Source: Nemertoderma westbladi (lineage: Eukaryota; Animalia; Xenacoelomorpha). From it: 49,463 nt of DNA. Every line of letters begins with the position of its first letter. The stretch's first letter is position 1. The notes below the pieces were generated by a model. It saw only the letters and a list, made by a program, of their open reading frames with translations. It was not told the DNA's origin and searched no databases. The DNA is taken from contig JAUCBJ010007095.1 of assembly GCA_032718475.1 (NCBI GenBank), positions 1 through 49,463 of the forward strand, given 5' to 3'. Positions 40,177 to 49,463 of the stretch are shown here, one piece after another. The translations under genes and the position numbers were made by a program.

Positions 40177-41599
40177 TGGAGGTGTGTGTGTGTGATTAGG
40201 TATCGGGTTATTCAATGATATTAATATTATTACTAAAGTAACGTCGGGATGTTAATTTTCACTGCAGCTATGAGTCTCTCTGTGTAAAAAAGCTTTTGCG
40301 GATATAATCAGTCCCCCTCGCCCGCAAGGTACCGTTATAGGTGTTTTAACGGACATAAAAGTCATTCTTCTATATGTGTGCTTTGGCGGACATGGTAAGG
40401 CAAAAAACCCGCAATGCGTCAAATACCCTGGCACAGCTTAGCCTTGATGATTCAGATTACGACATCTAACAGCTGGTTGCTGACATGGAAACGGCCATTG
40501 GACACATGGTTCTTTGTTTAGCTTAACAGCCAATCAGAGCGATTTTTTCTGTCGATGTGGAGATATTTGGCAGATCGTGCTAGGAGTGTTCAGTCTTACT
40601 GTTTTTCTTGATACTGTTGTGTTGTTTCTATCTAGGCCAGGAACACCGGCTCTAGAGTCAATTCGTTTCAGACTTTAGAAGAAACATTAGTAGGCTTAGA
40701 TTATAGAGCGTATAACTGTTATCGGTCCAGTACAATCAGTGCAATCAGCAGTAATCTTATATCACTGCAACATACATTATTATACTGCTATTTACTGTTG
40801 TGTTATGGTTGAATATTATTATCTGGAGAACATCTATAAAGAACCCAAATTTCCCAATTTTCTTGATACACTACAGGTTAGAGAGACGGGTTACATATAG
40901 CGATTGCGACTTATATTATTGTGGTTTGTAGTGAATTTAATGCTATTTGATAAGCACTACATGAGTCAGTTGCTGTTCTCTTTATATATGATAAAATTCA
41001 TTGATGGTCGGCAAATTAGTGAGCAGTATTGTGCGTTACCGGTAGTGTGCATGATTGTGGCTGATAACTAAGCATTTCCTAAAGAATGCGCCTCATACGT
41101 GAATCATAAGCCTTACCTACTTACCGTTGTGTTTAGTATAAGTCATATCTCTGTTTACCTAGATAGAGCGCCACGTCCTAAAGGAACTGTTAATATTTCC
41201 CGAAAGTGAATAATATTGGTCAGAAATTAGTTATTAACGATCAATCGAATAATACAGTAAGCTTACACTGCAATAACAATCTAAGCCCTCCAAATCCAGT
41301 CTCCCGGGTATATCCAGCGGGTGAATGGACGCGCACTAGGCTGGCTTCGACTAATGTTGTGTTTCTTGCTATTAAATACTTGTCATTTTCTAAAGTCTAT
41401 TCATAAACCAAAAGACATATAAATTTTGGCAGGTTAAACTGCTAAAGGTCTTCAAAAGCGCGTACACTCTGGTTTGTTGAAAGAGTGAAATAAATTATAG
41501 TTTTTCTGTTCCAAATATCAATGTGGGGCGAGACACGAATGGCGAGCCATCAGCGAACTGATGGCCGTTTTTCAAAAGTCTGTGTGTGTGTGTGTGTAG

Positions 41600-41828
41600 G
41601 AGTTTTCTAAGTTCAGTGCGAGACACAGTCTTCCGCCATTACATCCACCGCACTTCACCGGTTTATCTAAACATTGGAGAACCTTCATCAACTATATCAA
41701 GACCAATGTCGCTCAACAGGATTTCTCACCGACTGAGAAATTCAACTACTTATACCAACAGTTGAGAGGTCAACTGAAGGAATTGGTAAGTACGTTATGA
41801 CAATGCCTCTGAGGCGGCTTATGACAGG
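41600..41828 (+). pseudogene. BEL/Pao Gag (DUF1759-like) fragment bounded by splice-site-like motifs
   Basis: Manual translation LPPLHPPHFTGLSKHWRTF...DFSPTEKFNYLYQQLRGQLKELV matches the LPxxxxPxFxG..W..F...EKFNYL...L.G Gag pattern. Confidence 0.6.
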
Positions 41829-42200
41829 TTAGTTACTGTTAGATTAGATCAGTTAAGTTTTGTCAGATTTACTGTCAGATTAGTTAAGTTTTCAAACTCA
41901 ATGTGACACCTCTGATCTTATCAATTTCAGAATGCAAAAAACGTTATTGGAAAGCCCATGATATATGCATTACATAACATGAGTTTCAGATCATTGCAAT
42001 CATCTATCGCTAGATTTATCAGTAAATTAAAACTGGTATATTTTGTTAAATCTCTCAGTTTTTGTGACTCGTGTGACACCTCTTCTACTAAATATTTTTC
42101 AAAACGGTTTTTTGCATAGTACTTCTATATTAAAATGGCAAAACATGTCGAAGTTTCCAAGCAATTGGGGCAAAAAAGATATTTTTGTAACACCCTAACG

Positions 42201-43101
42201 GACAGTGCCATGGTGGAATGCTGGCAGTGCCATTGATGGGATTGGGCAGTGCCATTGGTGGGGTACGGGCAGTGCCATTGGTGGGGTACGGGCAGTGCCA
42301 TGGGTCGGATGCTGGCAGTGCCATTGGTGGGATAGGGCAGTGTCATGGGTGGGATACGGGCAGTGCCATGGGTGGGATACTGGCAGTGCCAATGGTGGGA
42401 TACAGGCAGTACCATGGGTGGGATAGGGCAGTGCCATGTGTTGGATACGGACAGTGCCATGGGTGGGATACGGGCAGTGCCATGGGTTGGGATACGGACA
42501 GTGCCATGGGTGGGATGCTGGCAGTGCCATTGGTGGGATAGGGCAGTGCCATTGGTGGGATAGGGCAGTGCCATTGGTGTGGTACGGGCAGTGCCATGTG
42601 TTGGATACGGGCAGTGCCATGGGTGGGATACGGGCAGTGCCATGGGTGGGATACGGACAGTGCCATGTGTGAGATGCTGGCAGTGCCATTGGTGGGATAG
42701 GGCAGTGCCATTGGTGGGGTACGGGCAGTGCCATGGGTCGGATGCTGGCAGTGCCATTGGTGGGATAGGGCAGTGTCATGGGTGGGATATGGGCAGTGCC
42801 ATGGGTGGTATACTGGCAGTGCCAATGGTGGGATACAGGCAGTACCATTGGTGGGATACGGGCAGTGCCATGTATTGGATACGGACGGTGCCATGGGTGG
42901 GATAAGGGCAGTGCCATGGGTGGGATACGGACAGTGCCGTGGGTGGGATGCTGGCAGTGCCATTGGTGGGATAGGGCAGTACCATTGGTGGGATACGGGC
43001 AGTGCCATTGGTGAGGTACGGGCAGTGCCATGGGTCGGATGCTGGCAGTGCCATTGGTGGGATAGGGCAGTGTCATGGGTGGGATATGGGCAGTGCCATG
43101 T
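42201..43101. repeat. Complex ~20-22-bp satellite (GGCAGTGCCATGGGTGGGATAC variants)
   Basis: Directly visible; the many overlapping ORFs here are repeat artefacts. Confidence 0.95.
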
Positions 43102-44648
43102 GTAGGCTAACGCTCGGCACATCAAAAATTTAGCTGCAATGAAATTCGTCTGTCCCATTTATCCTATTTATTTATCCACTCTCATCCAATATTTAATCGT
43201 ATTTCTATTTATTATTTATTTAGGCCCCCTTATTTATTTACTTTCAGTTTCGTAACCTACCAGTAGTAGTTGTGACCATTGTTGCGGCGGTAGAGCCCAT
43301 TATCCTTTTGTTGCGGCTTTGCCCACTATGCGTGTTGCGGCTTTAAGCCCATTTTCCCTATAATGTTGCCACCGAACCCTTTACCCATGACAGTAATTAA
43401 CCTTTTTCCAGTACATATAATTATTTATTTTACTATTATTATAACGTCTTATACTGTATTTTGTTTTAAATTATTATTATCTTTAAGCATTTAACATCCA
43501 CGTACATACTGTATTTAGTAATAATCCTCTCAGAACCCTCTCAATTAATTAGCGATTCACATTGCGCCGACGGCCAAACTCAAACTTCTAAAATGCTAGA
43601 ATGATATTTATTTATAGTTATTTTTGTGCATTTTGGGCTATTCCGTTACCATTTTGATCACTCACCTTTTCCAGGCATTAGAATGACGGCAGAACTGAAA
43701 TTTTCGAAAAAACCAAGTTTGTACATGGGCAGTTTCACATAGAAAAAATTGAATTCAATTGCCAATTATTCTTCCCTTACCACGCATACAACCATTTTAT
43801 TGTGCAGTTCTTGGTTTGGTTATTCATTCAATCCCGCATATCGTTTCATTCCATCAGAAGGGCCACCTTGACGGGATTGGACTACCTTCAATATCATTTA
43901 TCATCTCATCAGAAGGGCCGCCTTAATTGGATTGGATTACCTTCAAACAAACTCATGTATTTTTACATTCATTCATTCTTTGCGGGGTTTTTTGAATGAC
44001 CGATCCAATCAACTGTACTTAGAATGCAACTTAGCGTAGTATGAGCATTCACTATATCCAATATAGATAGATGCATTGCCCTGATTTAGCAGTTGACACA
44101 GTGAGGCTATCCCCATGTATAGGCTCCCCAGCCATCCTATTGGGTATACCCGAAATTATTAATTCAGCAATATCATTCAGATGCCAGTGTTTGAACTTTG
44201 ACCGTTTATTATCGAGTAATATATCGGGAAACCCCTTAATGCACAAATTACTATAAAAAAGCTCAGAATCTTTATTAAGAGATCCTTTTCACTGATAATT
44301 TTGGTCGGTTGTTAGGCAGCGTGTTTCACCACTCAATCGAGTTCCCCCTTGCCCCTTATTCAGACCTTAATTTATTGTTTTACTTTTACCATTACCGGTT
44401 CACCTATTTTTCATTTTCAATACTTTACCAAAACAGACGAATTTTTCCCAACCTTTGATAATACCCCTATTTAACAGTTTATTAACGCAGTTTTCAAACA
44501 ATTCTATTTAATTACCGGTAAATTGTAAATTATATAATAATATTTTATCGAATTATTGAAAATAATGAACTATCGCCCTACAATAATTGATAATAAATAA
44601 AACTGAACTTAATCACACCCAAGTCATTTTCAACCCTAGTATGTGCTG

Positions 44649-44800
44649 TGTTGTTGAACCATAGTTCATACATAACAAGATAAGTAGTCTGACTGACAGA
44701 CTGACTGATATATATATTCTCAACTTAGGTACCGGTAAATATATAGATAGAAGGTACACATACAGACAGATAAAATCCATGGCCTAATACATATACAACA
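44649..44800 (-). repeat. Putative 3' LTR (152 bp)
   Basis: TGTTG/CAACA termini directly after the PPT. The partner LTR is not in the window, so the outer boundary is inferred. Confidence 0.65.
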
Positions 44801-44944
44801 ACTCCCCTTTTCAAATGTTTACAAAATATATATAAGACAAACCCATCACCATTTCAAATAATACAGTTATATGATAGGTTATTGCATATGTTTTCCTTTA
44901 ACTTTAAAACTGAAAGTATAACTCATGTAAGATGATAATAACAA

Positions 44945-47900
44945 TTATTCTATATTGAATGTTACATGCTTCTTTTTATTACGTAGTTCATAGGGTTTGC
45001 GTATAAATGATTCACTGTTGGCTTCGTTCGAGTGATCATCAGTTCGATTGTTATCGATTGGTATATAGTTGTGGCGTAAAAACCTTCGGTTCCGCCAATA
45101 TGTCCTTCCAGAGGTGAGTTTTACCATGTAATCTCGCCTCTTCCCAACTGCTACGATTTCCCCTGTCTTGACCCACCGTTTGTTTGATGGATCTTGAATC
45201 CGGACTTTATCGCCAACCCGGAATGGTTTTAAGTCATGTGCTATGGCGTTATAATATGATATATTATACAAATCATTTGCAGTATCGGTATCTTTTTCGT
45301 CATTTTCATCAGATAGGTCCTGCCATTTTTTTGAGAATGTACTCTGATGGACAGGTATTCGGGAGCGTAGATTAAAACCGAATAATATTTGATTAGGGGA
45401 CTTTCCATCTGCCCTAGGAGTATTTCTAAGTTCTAGTAATGCCTCTGCAAATTCTTCGCTATCAATATGGGTGGTAGGCATCTTGGCAAGCATATTCTTT
45501 ATTGTCTTTACTGATATTTCTGCATGCCCATTACTTTGATGATAATGTGGTGTACTAGGAGTCCAATTGACGCCCCAACGTTTCAAAAAGTCGCGGAATT
45601 TTGAGGAGGCAAACTGTGGGCCTCCATCTGTTCTCAGAGTTACTGGAACACCAGTATCTACAAACCATTTTCTTATAACTTGAATTACCTGCGATGCGTT
45701 AGGATCATGTGCCCATTCCGCAACACAAGGGTATCCTGAGAACCTATCACCGTAAACGAGATATAGACGCCCTCCTAAGTGAAACAAATCAGCAGATACT
45801 GATTCAAAGGGTCTAGTTGTTGTATTATCGGATAACATTGTCTCTTTTGGTAAACTCTGTCTACGTTCCTGACATAGTTGACACAAGTTTATCATTTGCG
45901 TAATCTCGTTGTTTATGCCTGGCCAGAATATTGCTGAACGCGCCCTCTGTTTTGTGCGTATAATGCCCTGGTGTGAGGCATGTAACCTGTTTAATATTTC
46001 TTTCTGATGAGATTTAGGGATTACCAGGCGTGTGCCATATAATACCAGCCCATTGTCCAAGTATAGTTGATCATGCATCGATCGAAATTGTTGAACATAT
46101 ATTGGTGCTTTGTTTAGATTAACGAAATCAGTAGATATTGCTTGTATTAGGGATTGATAATCTTCATCTTGTTCAGCCGCTTTCTGTAATTCTTTAATTA
46201 AGGGATCTGTGCAATAATTTTCTTCTGTTAGACTAATTAATGCAATATGTGTCGATGAATTTTGGGGAGGTTGGGTGTCTTCATCATTGCCATTGGAAGG
46301 ATTATCTACTGGAGCCCGGCTGAGATCATTGGCAATTGAGTGATTTTTTCCTTTACACCATGCCACGGAGAATTGATATCGTGATTGTAAATCAGATTTA
46401 ATTCGTTGGAGGCGTGCGTTTTCGATTTGACCAATTGTATAATTATTGAATATAGTCAATAGAGGGCGATGATCGGTGACAACTACAAAATGGGATAAGC
46501 CTGCCACATATAGGTTACACTTAGTAATTGCGTATTTCATGGCTAAAGCCTCTAGTTCAATCGTCGAATATCGCGATTCTGCATCGCTCAAATATCTGCT
46601 TCCGCATAACACTAATCGCCATTGAGAACTATGTTTTTGAAGCAAAACGAACCCCAGACCGTATAGTCTTGAAGCATCTGTCTCTATACGGGTTTCTTTA
46701 CTCGCATCAAAATGGGCTAAAATTGGGGAACTTGTGAGTACTTTCTTCACATCCTGAAATGCGATAGAGTGATTTTCTAGCCAGATGTATTCATTACGTG
46801 TTTTCAGCAAGTCACGTAATGGTATTGTTACCTCGGATATTTTATCATTGAAGTTCCCCAGCTGATTGACCATTCCCAGAAATGATCTCAGTTCACTAAT
46901 ATTTCGGGGTTCCGGAAAGTCTTTGATGGCCTTTACTTTATCGGGTTCGACCTCTATGCCATCAGTTGATATGATAAAACCTGCGAATTTAACACGATGC
47001 AGTGCTAACTTAAACTTACGTTGATTGAGAGTTACACCAAACTCTCTGCATCTTTCTAAGAGTTCTTCAACACGACGAATATGGGTATCAAGATCTTTAT
47101 CGACTATGAGAATGTCGTCTACTATCTTATGGATATTCTCAATTCCATCGAATGCTAAATCTCCCCTTAGATTAAAACTATCCCCTGTGGCAATGTAGCC
47201 CATTGGGGCACGGCAATATCTAAATCGCCCCCAGGGTGTTATAAATGTTGTATAATCACGACTATTTTCATCCAGTGCCAGTTGCCAATACCCATGCGCC
47301 GCATCCACTTTCGTAAACCACAAAGAATTGGGCGCTATCTCTGATACCACATCAAATGGTGATTTTGCATTATGTACTGGGCGTTTTACTTGGCAATTTA
47401 ATTTTGTAAAATCTGCCGTTATTCGTATCCCTCCACATGGTTTAGGTACGCAGACCATGGGATGACACCAGGCCACTGGCCTGTCTCCTATTCGCTCAAT
47501 AATACCTGCTTCCAGCATATTATCGATGGATTTCTTTGCCTCTTCACGATAGGAGAATGGTATTGTTCTAGCAGTATGAACTGCAAACGGTTTTGCATTT
47601 TCTTGTAATTCAATAGTCATGGGGGGCCCTCCCATGACTCGCAACTCACCTTTTGATTTAAATACATCAGAGAATTTTGACAATAATTCTGTTTCTGTAA
47701 TTTTTATGAAATTTTGTTCTGAGACATTATTACAATTCAATTCTGGCTGTGATGCTGTAGAAGTTTGTACAGTATGTACAATGTTAGGTAATTGTACTGG
47801 GAAGTTTTCATAAACTAAGCCCAAACCAATACATGCGCTAAGAGAAATATAAACATCCTTATCTGGAATATTTCTACAAAAAATAAAAGTTTCTTTGTGT

Positions 47901-49423
47901 TTCTGTGATCCCAACATAATAAATAAGTCAAAGCATCCAATCACGTCTAATTTGGATCCATTAACACCTTCAACAGTTTCATTAAATTTATTTAACTTTG
48001 ATTCATCGATGCCAAGACTAGTTAACATTGAAATACCAGATACAGTGGCCTGAGCACCAGTGTCGGCTGTAATACATTGTTCGCCTAGGAATGTATTATT
48101 CAATGTATAAACGTTTACTGTAATTATTGGTTTCTTTCTAGAGCTTACCTGTTTATTACTGGTATCAGTTGGTGCTATTATAACAGCTGAACTTGATTTA
48201 TTGTTGGATGAATTGCCACCTCCGCCTGTATTCCTAGTGGATGTTAGGCAGGCTCGATCAAAGTGTCCCTTCTTCTTGCATTTACGACAAGTTTTTCCTG
48301 AGGCTGGGCAAGGTCTCCCATATTGGTGGGGATAATTGCCACCGCAGAAATAACAAAGTTTCTTGGCTTGAATGTTTGTGCTTTCCATAGAGTGACTTTG
48401 TTTCCGTTCCTTCCATCTGTCCCATTTCCGACCTCTGCTCTTGCTGCGACCACGAAATTTTTTGTCATGTTCTTTTTCTTGCCCTGATTTATTAATGTTA
48501 ATTGTTTTTCCACCAGATGCTGATCGGAGTTTTTCATCATCCTGCTTTGCTGTCTCCATGTTCCGACAGAGAGTTAAGGTCTCATCTAGGGTTAAAGCTG
48601 GCTTTTTACTCAATAACTCTTGGCGTACTTCATCGTCATTTATGCCACAGGTTTAGAGTGTAGTGAGCCAATCGTCTTGAGTCATTGATGCTAATTCGGC
48701 GGTGTCAGCCAATTCGCGCAATTTTAAATAATAATCATCAAATAATTCTCGATCCTTTTGTGTTCGCCTTACCAGTTGAAAACGGTCTACTGCTACATTG
48801 CATTTTCGCTTTAAGTATAGTCGGATTTGGATGAGAACTTCTTTGAGAGTCATCTCAGTGTCCTGTGGGGTTCTCATAATTGTTTTAATTCGTTCCAAAA
48901 GATCGGGAGAGCAATAAGACCAGAACATTGCTAATTGTTCCTCTCTGGTGCGTTCGCGAAGTTTAACCACAGTTTCATAATTGGCCCAGGATGGTTCCCA
49001 ACGTTTAAATGTTTTGTAGTCCACAGTATCCATTAAGGTGTCTGGGATTTTAGCAGTTGCTTTAACTGTATCTCGAGGATTTCTTACAGGGTTTATTGGA
49101 TCCCCGCCTCTTGGAGTTCCATCAGTGCCTGAAGAAGAAGGAAGTCGAAGTGATTGTAGAAGAGACTTCATTTCTTCATCCCGGATTCGACTTTCCTGCT
49201 CCTGGTGCCTCCTGTCTTCTTCACGTTGTTGCAGCATGTGTGCAAACATCCTCTGCATCATAGATAGCGTATCCGAATCCTGTTCTACTGGATGTTGCCG
49301 GTAGGCTCCTCTTGAATCTTCCTTAGACATAGCTGTAATGTTATCGTGGTGTTTTTGTATTGCCACTTTTAGCATACTACACATTCGCGCTGTTGACTGT
49401 TTAGAATCCCACTGCATGGACAA
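44945..49423 (-). pseudogene. gag-pol: Single gag-pol ORF interrupted by one in-frame TAA at 48653-48655
   Basis: ORFs 48653..49423 and 44945..48613 are in the same frame ([19 protein letters not shown]). Motifs: CxxCG...H...CPA.GKxCxxCxKxGH knuckles, DTGA, IVDD, TDAS, HASHQG..CxxC and DLF/DGGPQF/NGHAE. Confidence 0.92.
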
Positions 49424-49463
49424 AACATTGAATGCCGCGTGGATTTCCTCACGAGATAGCTGT

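Larger units (their letters stand above)
44649..49463 (-). mobile_element. Ty3/Gypsy (Mag-like) LTR retrotransposon; 5' LTR lies beyond the window
   Basis: Gag-pol ORF, PPT AAAAGGGGAGT (~44801-44811), and a 3' LTR TGTTG...CAACA. Confidence 0.93.

Noticed and set aside
42125-43158. Many overlapping His/Trp/Cys/Pro-rich ORFs
   Set aside because: Satellite with variable unit length that constantly shifts frame; open on both strands.
21397-48655. Single in-frame stops (21397, 25302, 48653) as evidence of stop-codon reassignment or programmed readthrough
   Set aside because: TAA and TGA terminate the intact genes normally, and the 48653 stop lies mid-Gag rather than at a gag/pol boundary. Point mutation or sequencing error is simpler.

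Overview
Repeat-rich eukaryotic (probably invertebrate animal) DNA. The centrepiece is a near-intact 18.7-kb Polinton/Maverick (adintovirus-like endogenous virus) at 5693-24441 with 485-bp AGTAGT-terminated TIRs. It carries the expected core genes: protein-primed PolB, retroviral-type integrase, packaging ATPase, adenain protease, major capsid protein and two minor capsid paralogues. Unexpectedly, it also encodes a divergent TATA-binding-protein (TBP) homologue overlapping the end of polB, a PC4-like protein, and a RING E3 ligase. It also has a ~300-nt fold-back that coincides with a GT-AG intron, and several G-U-biased pre-miRNA-like hairpins in its central non-coding region. Together these suggest a small element with its own transcription-factor and RNA-regulation toolkit (inference). 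Outside the element are a (CCCTCACTT)n array at the window start, two 33-bp minisatellites, a truncated RTE-like LINE, a young 4.5-kb LTR retrotransposon with non-canonical termini and PBS, a 1-kb Mutator/Foldback-like element with a 9-bp TSD, a possible spliced BEL/Pao-gag-derived gene fragment, a ~21-bp satellite, and a Mag-like Gypsy element running off the right edge. All protein assignments are from motif recognition by eye; no searches were run.
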